Shown piece after piece: positions 30,173 through 39,152 of a stretch of 64,000 bases of DNA (its first letter is position 1; each line of letters starts with the position of its first letter). Source of the stretch: a virus; IMG/VR virus record IMGVR_UViG_3300012953_006686, positions 29,700-93,699 of that record. One strand, given 5' to 3'. Both the position numbers and the translations under genes were made by a program. The notes beneath the pieces were generated by a model that worked only from the letters and a program-made list of their open reading frames with translations, ran no database searches and had not been told where the DNA came from.

Positions 30173-31424
30173 CTTGATCTAAGATGTCTCGCCAAGCTTC
30201 TTCTTCTTTTGTTTGAATAAATTCGATTAAACTGTCAACAAAAAGTGCATTTTGTTTTTGTTCAGAAAACCGGTCATGAACGGTGGTGGCATATTCGCAA
30301 GAATTTGCCGCTACGCTATCTTCTATATTATCCTTTAAATCATTATAGCAATTTCGCAATTGTTCCTTTGCAGAAGATTCTCTTGCATATGCCCACATAG
30401 ATTCTTTAATTAAAACGGCGTCCCATACAACTTCATCTGGTACAGGGGAAATATCATATGCTACATTATAAAAATTATCTCTTCCTTTTTCATCAACAAG
30501 AAAATCAAGCTGACCCGACCAGCCGGTGCATACCACTGGAAGTCCGCTATAACAAGCCTCAAAAATAGGAAGTCCAAAGCCTTCTCCGTGAGGCAAAGCC
30601 AATAAAGCTGAAATTTTAGGATGAGTGTATAGCGAATGCATCTCATCGTCTTCCATATCTCCGTGTAAAAGATAAACTTTACAAGTTTTTTCTCCGAGTG
30701 TCTTTAAAAAATTAGATAGCTCGCTATGAACTTGCTCTCGATCAATTAAGCTATTTTTGGCTAAGTTGGTCTTTAATACCAAGCCTACTTTTTCATCTCT
30801 AAATTCTTCAACAAACCACTTAACAGTATTAGGAATATTTTTTCGTGGACCGAATTGAGCTACAGTCAAAAAATTGATTTCATAGTCCAAGTCTATATCT
30901 ACTTTTGGTAAATCATTAAAGATCTTAGTTGGATAGTTTACAGTATCAATCTGTGTTGTCGTTCGTAATTCAAATTGTTGCTGCGGATTTTCTCTAGTAG
31001 ATGCTGTATAAACAGTTCCTTCAAAAACGTTTTTTGAATGATTAGAAACTACAATAATTCGATTCATTTCGTTTGCTTTTTGTATCCATTGATGTGATAC
31101 TTTTGTAGTTTCAATTCCGGCTGTATATCCAATATTTATAGGTGCTAGCGACTCCCATTCGTTAGGGATTGTAACTTGAAGCGATAAATCAAATTGACCA
31201 CCTTGTTGTATATAGGCTATTGTTTTTTCGACACAACGATCGATCCAAATACGCTCAACGTCACCTCCTGACATCCACGATGTAGAACCCCACTGCAGTG
31301 GTTGGATATAAATATCAAACAAGTCAGGTCTCGATCTAAGAGCCCTAAAGGCAAATCTAGATTGCTCTCCATACCCTGATCGCGTCAGCAATGGGGCTTT
31401 TAAAAGAATCTTTTTCTTCATCAT
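30156..31424 (-). CDS. GT4-family glycosyltransferase
   Basis: SGYG, RKN and HGEGFGLPIFEA. Confidence 0.85.
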   Translation of the reverse strand: MMKKKILLKAPLLTRSGYGEQSRFAFRALRSRPDLFDIYIQPLQWGSTSWMSGGDVERIWIDRCVEKTIAYIQQGGQFDLSLQVTIPNEWESLAPINIGYTAGIETTKVSHQWIQKANEMNRIIVVSNHSKNVFEGTVYTASTRENPQQQFELRTTTQIDTVNYPTKIFNDLPKVDIDLDYEINFLTVAQFGPRKNIPNTVKWFVEEFRDEKVGLVLKTNLAKNSLIDREQVHSELSNFLKTLGEKTCKVYLLHGDMEDDEMHSLYTHPKISALLALPHGEGFGLPIFEACYSGLPVVCTGWSGQLDFLVDEKGRDNFYNVAYDISPVPDEVVWDAVLIKESMWAYARESSAKEQLRNCYNDLKDNIEDSVAANSCEYATTVHDRFSEQKQNALFVDSLIEFIQTKEEEAWRDILDQVVEYD

Positions 31425-32710
31425 GCCACCTCCATAAAGTGCCATTTCTTGTATCCTTTTCGTGTTTCCCAAGAGCCATATTTCTTTACTACATTGTCCA
31501 TTATTTCTACCCATTGTCTTTCAAATTTTTCAAAATTATAATTCTCAGCCACGTGCTTCATTCCATTTGTAGACATTTTATTATATGATTTTTTAGATGC
31601 CTTTAAAGCAGAAGTGAGGGCTTTTTCAAAATCTTCTTGTGAAATACGATCTTCATAAATATATGGAACCTCTAGTGAACCAATAACTGCCTTAGAAGCC
31701 GGCTGAATTCCCCAGCCGAACCAATTTTCGCCATCAGTTACTTGTTCTTGCAATCCTCCTGTCATATTGACAATAATTGGAGTTCCGCATGCTAAAGACT
31801 CTAGCGTTCCTAGTCCAAAACCTTCTGCATCTGAGATATTAATCGTGTAGTCAGCCGCATTATACATTGAGGCTAGATCCGATGCGTCTACCTTATTAGT
31901 AGAAAGTAAAATCTGTCCCTTATTAACCCCTAAATGATCAATTAAATGTGGTAGGTCTTGTCCGTGAGGATCTCTTGCATCTGTGTGCATTAGCAAGGTC
32001 GCTTTGTCGTGCCCAACTTTATCAAGCCATTCCTTAAACCACCAAAGCAAAGTGCCACTTTGTTTGCGGCGGGCATTTCGATTGTTCCAGAAGAATAATT
32101 TTTTATTTTTATTTTGTACTTCTTTAAATGTGTTATCATTATAAATTTTCTCTCTTAAAGCTGAAGCACGGGCCTTATCTTCAATTGTTTTAAATTTATA
32201 AAATACTGACGAATTCACAGCATGTGGGACATAATGATGTGGTACTTCGGGGCTTACATTGTGTAGTATATCGTATGTAACCTTAGAAATTGCAGCAATT
32301 TCATCAGTTGAGCGGTACCATCTTCCATTAAAATGGGGATACGGTTTATTATCCCAAACATGATAATAGACCATTGGGACATTAGCTCTAACTTCATTTT
32401 CTATTTCCCAAAGCCATCCATAAAATCTTGGATCAGTCATAAACCATAAAACATCTGGCTTTTCTTTTTGTAAAATTGATCTGATCATTTCATGATTACC
32501 ATACCCATCAACCGGATAGATAATCCAATCATCTTGCCATTGTTCCATTCTTTGCGGGCTATAATCTTGATGTTTCATGGCTCCTCCAAGACTAATAAAT
32601 TGATAGCGACCTGTTTTTAATAACGCCTCAATAAAATATTTTGTCTGGGTACCCACACCAGATGGAGATAGCGGGTGATCTGATAAAGTCAGAATCTTTG
32701 TCTTTTTCAT
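31421..32710 (-). CDS. GT4-family glycosyltransferase
   Basis: SGVG, NRNARRK and AEGFGLGTLESLACGTP. Confidence 0.85.
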   Translation of the reverse strand: MKKTKILTLSDHPLSPSGVGTQTKYFIEALLKTGRYQFISLGGAMKHQDYSPQRMEQWQDDWIIYPVDGYGNHEMIRSILQKEKPDVLWFMTDPRFYGWLWEIENEVRANVPMVYYHVWDNKPYPHFNGRWYRSTDEIAAISKVTYDILHNVSPEVPHHYVPHAVNSSVFYKFKTIEDKARASALREKIYNDNTFKEVQNKNKKLFFWNNRNARRKQSGTLLWWFKEWLDKVGHDKATLLMHTDARDPHGQDLPHLIDHLGVNKGQILLSTNKVDASDLASMYNAADYTINISDAEGFGLGTLESLACGTPIIVNMTGGLQEQVTDGENWFGWGIQPASKAVIGSLEVPYIYEDRISQEDFEKALTSALKASKKSYNKMSTNGMKHVAENYNFEKFERQWVEIMDNVVKKYGSWETRKGYKKWHFMEVA

Positions 32711-32717
32711 TTATTCC

Positions 32718-33482
32718 TCATGGACATTCTTTTGTGTGTCTAAACGTACATCGCTCACACGAGAGCCTATTTTTAATATAACGTTTATTTTTAATATTGT
32801 ATAATGCTTTGTGCAATAATTTAAGAGCGTTCTCAGTTTTTCTTGGTCCGCTCGTCACCCTAAATAGTTCAACCCTGTTTTTCTTTGCTGTTCTCTTGAG
32901 AAGAGCAAAGTGTGTTTCTATATTATCAGGATCAATCTCCATCTTTTGCGCAAAGAAATGTTTGTAAAGTGTAAGTTGATAAGTTGTCATCTTCTCACTG
33001 CGGCGCCGAGAGTTCCAGCCCCACGAGCAAGTCTTCCAATCGAAAATGTGAACTTTACCATCAGGCGTTGATACAATTGCGTCAATAAAGCCTTTGAACT
33101 TATAATCATTTTGACCATCGATGGGTTCGTAAAGCTGTAGCTCTACTGCTTCGACGTTGTATTCTCCGAAGTAGTCAGCGACGGCTTCTTCGATTTCTGG
33201 AAGTAAAGCTTTCCCTTGTCCCACCATTTGATCAACAAGTCCGCTATCCACAGGCACGTCATCTCCCAGGTCAGAAATACAATCATTAAAGCTACGAACA
33301 AAAAATCTTTCATCGTCGATCTCTTCCTTTAATAGTTTCTTCTCACATACAGCGTGAATAGCTGTTCCAAACGCAGTAAACTCGTTTCCTTTAAATCCTT
33401 TGAGTTTATCAACGCGCGTAAGTTTATGATAAAACGCGCAAGTTACCCAATCTTTAAGTTCAGAATATGATATATGTGGCAA
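32718..33482 (-). CDS. PD-(D/E)XK exonuclease, Cas4/AddB-like with Fe-S cysteines
   Basis: ISYS..WVTC, FGTAIH, KGFID...FDWKT, QLTLY and C-terminal CERC...C. Confidence 0.85.
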   Translation of the reverse strand: MPHISYSELKDWVTCAFYHKLTRVDKLKGFKGNEFTAFGTAIHAVCEKKLLKEEIDDERFFVRSFNDCISDLGDDVPVDSGLVDQMVGQGKALLPEIEEAVADYFGEYNVEAVELQLYEPIDGQNDYKFKGFIDAIVSTPDGKVHIFDWKTCSWGWNSRRRSEKMTTYQLTLYKHFFAQKMEIDPDNIETHFALLKRTAKKNRVELFRVTSGPRKTENALKLLHKALYNIKNKRYIKNRLSCERCTFRHTKECP

Positions 33483-33504
33483 AATCCCTCCAGATTTATA
33501 TTAT

Positions 33505-33533
33505 ATTATAACCACTTTTATCCTAGTTGTCAA
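33505..33533 (-). promoter_or_regulatory. sigma70-type promoter
   Basis: TTGACA-N17-TATAAT on the minus strand, upstream of the nuclease and the glycan locus. Confidence 0.85.
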
Positions 33534-34218
33534 GCTCTTCTGGGTTTTGTAGCAAAACTAATTTTCTATATAGCTCTGGGCTAACTTTTTTTAGAAAGTT
33601 GTGTGAATCAGGGTATGTGTAAAACTCAGTGAATCCGGTAGCAAAATATTCTCTTAGCGATGTAATAGCATACGGAGTGATAAATACGCCAGCTACGATT
33701 GTTGAAAGCTTGTCATAACCAATCTTTTCATATAAAAATAAATCAAGTTCTTGATTATATTCGGGGTCCATAAAAACAGACAATGGAATTTTATAATCCA
33801 TTTTCCACAACATATCGTGAGTATATTTTCTTTTTCTTAAGAACTCTTGTTCAATTTTTTTATCACCATATAAAAAATATCCGTGTGGCTCTTCTAATGA
33901 ATGAGATATTTCATGAACTATATCATCGTACATATCCATAAAATTATCTTGTATATTAGAGATATATAACGTTCCGCCGTCATAAAAAGCGTTCAGGCTT
34001 CTTTCTTCAAATTCATCAAACCATCCAAAAATAATCATCTCTACTTCTACTAGAAGATGATGTGGGATAATTTTTTCTACTTTTGCTATTACTTTTTCGA
34101 CATCTACATTTTCAACAGGATCTTTAAAAAAAACATGCAAACCTGTAGATGTATAAAAATCAGTCTGCTTTTCCAAAAGCTGGCTCTGATTCTTTTGTAT
34201 GTAATCCTGTAGCATCAT
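33523..34218 (-). CDS. HExxH zincin-like protein
   Basis: NAFY, IVHEISH and REYFATGF. Confidence 0.6.
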   Translation of the reverse strand: MMLQDYIQKNQSQLLEKQTDFYTSTGLHVFFKDPVENVDVEKVIAKVEKIIPHHLLVEVEMIIFGWFDEFEERSLNAFYDGGTLYISNIQDNFMDMYDDIVHEISHSLEEPHGYFLYGDKKIEQEFLRKRKYTHDMLWKMDYKIPLSVFMDPEYNQELDLFLYEKIGYDKLSTIVAGVFITPYAITSLREYFATGFTEFYTYPDSHNFLKKVSPELYRKLVLLQNPEELDN

Positions 34219-34459
34219 CTAATCCTAATTGATATCCGCGAAGAAAGTTTTCTTCAGCAAAGGCAAACACAAACTCTGGAAAGTCTGCTGCAAGAACTTC
34301 CGCTATCATATTCACTGTTACTTGCTCATTTTCTGGGGATAGTTTTTTTCCCACATAATCGACCAAATAGTTTTTAAGTTCTGTATCTGGCTCTACTGGC
34401 ACAGCAAGCATTGGATTAATGTGGGCTTCTTGTTCTGTAATAACTTTTTCTTCTGACAT
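34160..34459 (-). CDS. Hypothetical protein
   Basis: SD AAGGAG before ATG 34459. Confidence 0.7.
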   Translation of the reverse strand: MSEEKVITEQEAHINPMLAVPVEPDTELKNYLVDYVGKKLSPENEQVTVNMIAEVLAADFPEFVFAFAEENFLRGYQLGLDDATGLHTKESEPAFGKAD

Positions 34460-34486
34460 ATTTAACTCCTTAATAGTATATCATGC

Positions 34487-35821
34487 TTATAATACTTTTG
34501 AAGCCAACGTAGCTAATTCACTTCGTTCGCCTTTTCTAAATGTTACGTGACCGGCAATTGGATATTGTTTAAAACTTTCAATTGCGTGGGCTAGACCATT
34601 AGATGTTTCGTTAACATAAATATTGTCAATTTGCTCAATATCTCCTGTTAGAATAATCTTAGTTCCATCGCCAATACGAGTAATAATAGTTTTAACTTCA
34701 TGTTTTGTTAAATTTTGAGCCTCGTCAATTACAACAAACGCGTTTGCAATCGAGCGGCCGCGGATATATGTAAGAGCTTCAATTTCAATTTTACCTTTTT
34801 CTATGTACATTTCAAGAGACGTGCGATCGCCCATTAAAAATTTAAGATTATCCTGAATAGGCATTAGCCATGGAAGCATTTTTTCTTCCATAGTGCCTGG
34901 TAAAAATCCAATATCTTTTCCAAGAGGCTGCACTGGTCTAGAAACTATAAGTCGAGAATAATGATTATTTTCTGAACGTAAACCTATTGTCTGTTGTAGC
35001 CCTGCTGCTATAGCCATTAGTGTTTTTCCCGAGCCTGCACGACCAATTAATGAGACGATTTTAATCTCTGGATTCATTAACAAATCCATAGCAAACGCCT
35101 GCTCTTTGTTTCTTGAGTTGATATTCCAATCTGGTAGCTTATCATGTATTATATTTTTTAACGGCATATGATGGCTAGTAAAGCGAGCCAAAGCTGTTTT
35201 TTTCTCATTAGCGTTTGACACCATTAATAAAAATTGATTTGGGTGCCATACTTCTTCTACTTCGTCCTCTTCAATAAGAATATCTTCGCCATCATAAAAC
35301 CTATCAATAACTTGATCATCAACAAGATGTTCAACAAATCCACTATAAAGCTGGTCAGATGATTCTGCTGCTTTTTCAGTTATATAGTCTTCAGCAAGCA
35401 TACCAATGGAGTCACAAATTACTCGCATATTAATGTCTCGTGAAACTACAATTATTTTACGATTTGGCTGTTCTCTCTGTACAGCTTTTGCTGTGGCAAG
35501 AATAACGTGATCAGGAATTCTCATATCTAAGTCAGGTGGAAATATAGAACCTGATAATGCTGCGTAAGACATTACCTTGACAATTCCTTTTCCTTTACCT
35601 AAGCGAATTCCTTTTTGAAGATCTCCACTGTTTCTTAATTCATCTAAAGTGCGAATAATACGGCGCGCATTCGATCCTACCGAGTCTTGTCTTTTTTTGT
35701 GCTTGTCGATTTCTTCAAGCACCTTAAGAGGAATAAAAATATCATGATTTTCAAAACGGAATATTGCATCTGCATCCGTTAGATAAACACTGGTGTCTAA
35801 TAGATAATTCTTTTTAGCCAT
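34487..35821 (-). CDS. phoH: PIN-PhoH fusion protein
   Basis: PIN domain (LLDTSV, VLEEID, SRDINMR), then GRAGSGKT, GFLPG, YIRGRS, DEAQN and TGDIEQID. Confidence 0.92.
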   Translation of the reverse strand: MAKKNYLLDTSVYLTDADAIFRFENHDIFIPLKVLEEIDKHKKRQDSVGSNARRIIRTLDELRNSGDLQKGIRLGKGKGIVKVMSYAALSGSIFPPDLDMRIPDHVILATAKAVQREQPNRKIIVVSRDINMRVICDSIGMLAEDYITEKAAESSDQLYSGFVEHLVDDQVIDRFYDGEDILIEEDEVEEVWHPNQFLLMVSNANEKKTALARFTSHHMPLKNIIHDKLPDWNINSRNKEQAFAMDLLMNPEIKIVSLIGRAGSGKTLMAIAAGLQQTIGLRSENNHYSRLIVSRPVQPLGKDIGFLPGTMEEKMLPWLMPIQDNLKFLMGDRTSLEMYIEKGKIEIEALTYIRGRSIANAFVVIDEAQNLTKHEVKTIITRIGDGTKIILTGDIEQIDNIYVNETSNGLAHAIESFKQYPIAGHVTFRKGERSELATLASKVL

Positions 35822-35847
35822 CTGTTTTTAAATAGTCTATTGTGTTA

Positions 35848-36138
35848 TTACTGCGCCCTGCGGCGGCTCTTTCTTTTTTTCATTTTGCGTTCTTTCCTAA
35901 TTATATTCATTTCTAAAACAAATGTTTCAATATCATTAGGAAATTTAAATGGCATCTGCCATTCCTTTCGTAGTATAGCTGCTTCTCGCTGTCTTGTCAA
36001 GTGGGCGCGCCAGATAACATAGCTAGGATCTTTGGGAGGATTTCTAACAATGCGTTCTACAAGCTTAACGTGAAATTTCGGTATCACCTCGCCGGCACTG
36101 GATTTTACCAGCACTATATCGCCCACTTTATATTTCAT
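35848..36138 (-). CDS. Small SH3/KOW-like protein with basic tail
   Basis: Starts MKYKVGDIVLVK. Confidence 0.6.
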   Translation of the reverse strand: MKYKVGDIVLVKSSAGEVIPKFHVKLVERIVRNPPKDPSYVIWRAHLTRQREAAILRKEWQMPFKFPNDIETFVLEMNIIRKERKMKKRKSRRRAQ

Positions 36139-36679
36139 TGAAGTAACTATGATGCTTCCAACAGCGAGGTTCGTATAACTCAGAACCTCCAACTGTTATT
36201 TCAGCTATATCTTCTACTTTTTTATGTGTGTAATATGCGTCTTGCCCGCAGGCTGTACAGACAGCAGGACATTTTTCAATATGAGTGGCCCATGGAAACA
36301 TAGCTTCAACCTCGTCAAATGCCTTTCCAGTCGCAGATAAATCTAAAGACGATACTACAATCGTTTTACCTTTTTTAAACAGGTCAATCAGCACCCAGGA
36401 CGCTCCAGGAATCATAAATGCCTCATCTACGGCAATAACATCATAATTATCGTGATGACTTATAAACTGATGTATTTCCATTCCACTATTAACAACTCTA
36501 GCCGGCATCGAAGCGCCCGAATGCGTAACAATGCTAGTTTCACAATAACGATCATCAATGCCGGGCTTAAACGCAATAACATTGCGCTTCTGGTACTTAT
36601 AGCGATCTAAAGCCGCAAACAAACGGGTAGTTTTTGATCCAAACATTGGTCCAGTGAAAATGATGAACTTTGGATTCAT
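36128..36679 (-). CDS. tdk: Thymidine kinase
   Basis: GPMFGSKT, VDEAF, CxxCG and GGSELYEPRC. True start is MNPKF at 36679. Confidence 0.92.
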   Translation of the reverse strand: MNPKFIIFTGPMFGSKTTRLFAALDRYKYQKRNVIAFKPGIDDRYCETSIVTHSGASMPARVVNSGMEIHQFISHHDNYDVIAVDEAFMIPGASWVLIDLFKKGKTIVVSSLDLSATGKAFDEVEAMFPWATHIEKCPAVCTACGQDAYYTHKKVEDIAEITVGGSELYEPRCWKHHSYFNEI

Positions 36680-36691
36680 AATACCCTCAAA

Positions 36692-36766
36692 TGGAGCGAG
36701 TGACTGGATTTGAACCAGCGACAGCCACGTTGGCAACGTGGGGCTCTACCACTGAGCTACACTCGC
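36692..36766 (-). tRNA. tRNA-Gly(GCC)
   Basis: GCGAGTG...CACTCGC-TCCA acceptor, anticodon arm CCACG-TTGCCAA-CGTGG, GGTTCAAATCC T-arm, encoded CCA. Confidence 0.95.
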
Positions 36767-36767
36767 C

Positions 36768-36843
36768 TGGAGCCACTTATAGGAGTCGAACCTACGACCT
36801 GCTGATTACAAATCAGCTGCTCTACCAACTGAGCTAAAGTGGC
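36768..36843 (-). tRNA. tRNA-Thr(UGU)
   Basis: GCCACTT...AAGTGGC-TCCA acceptor, anticodon arm GCTGA-TTTGTAA-TCAGC, GGTTCGACTCC T-arm. Confidence 0.95.
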
Positions 36844-36925
36844 GAAAGAACCGGTTTTTTAGCGTCCAAGGAAAACCGGTAAACCCCTGCCTACGTGAGG
36901 ATCAGGCAGCCACCTATTGTTATTA

Positions 36926-37144
36926 TTAGTCCGACGATACAGCGGATTGGCTACTGTTACTGGTATTAGCAGCATCAGTAGTCTTGGCGGGAGTGGCGGG
37001 AGTTGTAGTCTCGCCGGTGGTGTTTTCTTCGGTAGAAGTTGTTGCCTCTACTTCGGTTGTCTCAGTTGTTTCTGTAGTGTTGTCCGTTGTTTCTTCTGTT
37101 TCAGCACAACCAACTAATACAGCCAACGCAATAATCGCTCTCAT
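36926..37144 (-). CDS. Small Thr/Glu-rich lipoprotein
   Basis: MRAIIALAVLVG-C lipobox, SD AGGAG, low-complexity T/E/S tail. Confidence 0.75.
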   Translation of the reverse strand: MRAIIALAVLVGCAETEETTDNTTETTETTEVEATTSTEENTTGETTTPATPAKTTDAANTSNSSQSAVSSD

Positions 37145-37154
37145 AATATCTCCT

Positions 37155-37628
37155 CTAATTAAGCGTAATTGTTCCATTTTCGGTAGGAACAGAAACCGAC
37201 CAGGAGCCAACAAATGGCGACTCCATAATAAGATCTTCAACGGGGATCTTTACTTCTGCGGTGAGAGTACAAAATCCTCGCTTATAATCATACTTTTCAA
37301 TTGATGAATCGATGAAATCGAAATCATAAAAGTTTTCACGAATTGTTTCTCCAATAAACTCAGAAAAACTAAAACTTCCGCGCTCATACTCATCAAGAAA
37401 TCCGCCGTTGCGAAGCTCTTGAATAATATTAGTACCAAACGGAGTTGTTACCGTAAGTCCAGGGGTAGTGATAAGTTCTGAAAACTGCTCTACTACATCT
37501 GTGTTTGACAAAGCTGTATCTACTTCGTCTTCATTCATAAGAAACACATCGGTTCCTTCGCTATATGTAAGTGTTGCCATAGCGTTTGGTGCTGTGCGCA
37601 AGCTCTTCAGCTTTTCAGTAAATGACAT
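37155..37628 (-). CDS. Hypothetical protein
   Basis: Strong SD AAGGAGG; 157 aa. Confidence 0.75.
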   Translation of the reverse strand: MSFTEKLKSLRTAPNAMATLTYSEGTDVFLMNEDEVDTALSNTDVVEQFSELITTPGLTVTTPFGTNIIQELRNGGFLDEYERGSFSFSEFIGETIRENFYDFDFIDSSIEKYDYKRGFCTLTAEVKIPVEDLIMESPFVGSWSVSVPTENGTITLN

Positions 37629-37645
37629 TAATCCTCCTTGTGTCT

Positions 37646-37906
37646 TTACTTATTTTTTTCAAGCCAAACGATTGTGTAATCATTTCTGCTTGGTGGACAA
37701 CTATTGTCCGTTGTGTTTTTTGTTATATTAATAGGCACTAAGCAAGATTTTAAAATCTTAATAGCTATCATGTTTCCGCCTCCAATCCACGCTAACTGTT
37801 TAGCAACACATCCTTTTTTTACCATAACTCGATCGGATGTAGGATACCAAAAATTATTGTGTCCGACTTCAGACGTATAACAAATTGTGTTTTTATTGAC
37901 TTTCAT
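37646..37906 (-). CDS. Hypothetical protein
   Basis: Fills the gap after the HNH gene; likely start MKVNKN. Confidence 0.6.
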   Translation of the reverse strand: MKVNKNTICYTSEVGHNNFWYPTSDRVMVKKGCVAKQLAWIGGGNMIAIKILKSCLVPINITKNTTDNSCPPSRNDYTIVWLEKNK

Positions 37907-37907
37907 T

Positions 37908-38411
37908 TTATTCCCATAAATAACTTTTCCATAATTCACTTATTTTATTTGTAGTTTTTAAAATACTTGTTTTTGGTTTTGTTGGTTTACGTATAGGAAT
38001 CATACCACATTCTTTAGGTGTTCTGCAACCTTTTTTTTGATTACATTTTTTGCATGCTGTAACTAAATTAGTCCAGCTTTTTTCGCCGCCTCTGCTTTTT
38101 GGAAAAACGTGGTCAACTGTTAAAATTTCCGTTGGAAATACTTTTGCGCAGTACTGACATTTATTATTATCTCTCCAAATAACGTTTGTTCTATTACAAA
38201 TAATTCCACCAAAACGATATTTTACTGCATTTGTCAAGACAATAACAGCTGGTAGTTTAAAAGATTTTGACGGCGAACATATTTCTCTCGTATATGTCTC
38301 AATTGCCTTTGCTTTTCCGATTATACAAAGCACAAGTGCTTCAATTGCATCAATAACCTCAACAGGACGATATGTCGCATCTAGCTTTAATGCTTTCATT
38401 GGTTCATCCAT
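37908..38411 (-). CDS. HNH endonuclease (McrA-like)
   Basis: RD..KCQYC, TVDHVFPKSRGG, WTNLVTACKKCNQKKG; N-terminal LKLDATYRP. Confidence 0.9.
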   Translation of the reverse strand: MDEPMKALKLDATYRPVEVIDAIEALVLCIIGKAKAIETYTREICSPSKSFKLPAVIVLTNAVKYRFGGIICNRTNVIWRDNNKCQYCAKVFPTEILTVDHVFPKSRGGEKSWTNLVTACKKCNQKKGCRTPKECGMIPIRKPTKPKTSILKTTNKISELWKSYLWE

Positions 38412-38440
38412 ACTATAACTACTTTAATAGCAGCTGTCAA
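38412..38440 (-). promoter_or_regulatory. sigma70-type promoter (overlaps a TAGTTA motif)
   Basis: TTGACA-N17-TATAGT. Confidence 0.65.
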
Positions 38441-38443
38441 GTA

Positions 38444-38956
38444 TTATCTTTCTGAATGCTTTGATTTTGTTCGCACGGGAGGAGCTAGTGATTGATCAAA
38501 TTCTCTTACGTTTTGAACCAAATCAGAGGAACTAGCTAATTTTTTATCTCCTCCTACGCCCCATAATAATTTTACTTCTAATTCTTCGCATACATCTTGT
38601 TCGGGAGTATTAGATCGCCCTCGATCACCACCATTAGCAAAAAAATCAGGCTTAAGTCTTCTTATAGCTTCACATACAGTACCGTCAGTGTCGTCAACAG
38701 AGTCTACCAAAATTACACCCTTAATAGCATTAAGAATTTCTGCTCTTTGAGCAAATGTCATAAAAACAAAACCTTTCTTACGAAAAAGCCAATCATCAGA
38801 ATTTGCTATTACAATAACATTTCCAAAATTAGCTGCGTCCCTAATCATTCGAATGTGACCTGCATGTACAGGGTCAAACCCGCCAGATACCATTACAGTG
38901 GGTTTTTCTTTAGGAACGTATGAATTTTTATCATACATTTTTTCATGAACTGTCAT
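38444..38956 (-). CDS. HIGH-family cytidylyltransferase-like protein
   Basis: SGGFDPVHAGH, NSDDWL.RKKG, FANGGDR and SSS. Confidence 0.85.
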   Translation of the reverse strand: MTVHEKMYDKNSYVPKEKPTVMVSGGFDPVHAGHIRMIRDAANFGNVIVIANSDDWLFRKKGFVFMTFAQRAEILNAIKGVILVDSVDDTDGTVCEAIRRLKPDFFANGGDRGRSNTPEQDVCEELEVKLLWGVGGDKKLASSSDLVQNVREFDQSLAPPVRTKSKHSER

Positions 38957-38957
38957 T

Positions 38958-39149
38958 TTAATTTCCTTTCTTTTGTTCCGGGAAGTATTTTTTTATTTTA
39001 AACTGTGTCCCGCCTGGGCCACATCTTCGAACTTTTACTTCTAAAAGCCCCGTGTCGTCATTATCTAACATTGTGGCTCTTAATTCGTTTGCGTCACTAT
39101 AATTATCAAAAATTCTAACTTTTTGCCACTTCTTTGGTGTTTTTTCCAT
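38958..39149 (-). CDS. Hypothetical protein
   Basis: Packed ORF with SD AGGAG. Confidence 0.65.
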   Translation of the reverse strand: MEKTPKKWQKVRIFDNYSDANELRATMLDNDDTGLLEVKVRRCGPGGTQFKIKKYFPEQKKGN

Positions 39150-39152
39150 TTT

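Noticed and set aside
11016-32710. Bacterial chromosomal O-antigen/capsule locus
   Set aside because: No flippase, polymerase or priming transferase, and the locus is continuous and co-oriented with phage sigma, baseplate, PhoH and nuclease genes.
32718-33482. Cas4-like gene as evidence of a CRISPR-Cas system
   Set aside because: No repeat-spacer array or other cas genes are visible; solo Cas4-like nucleases are common in phages.
36680-36736. N-terminal extension of thymidine kinase in the ORF track
   Set aside because: It overlaps tRNA-Gly; the true start is ATG 36679.
36768-36843. Reading this tRNA as Tyr(GUA)
   Set aside because: A 5-bp stem with a 7-nt loop centres UGU, and the short variable arm fits Thr.
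37908-38411. HNH gene as an intron-encoded homing endonuclease
   Set aside because: The flanking genes are intact and unrelated, it has its own promoter, and no split gene is evident.
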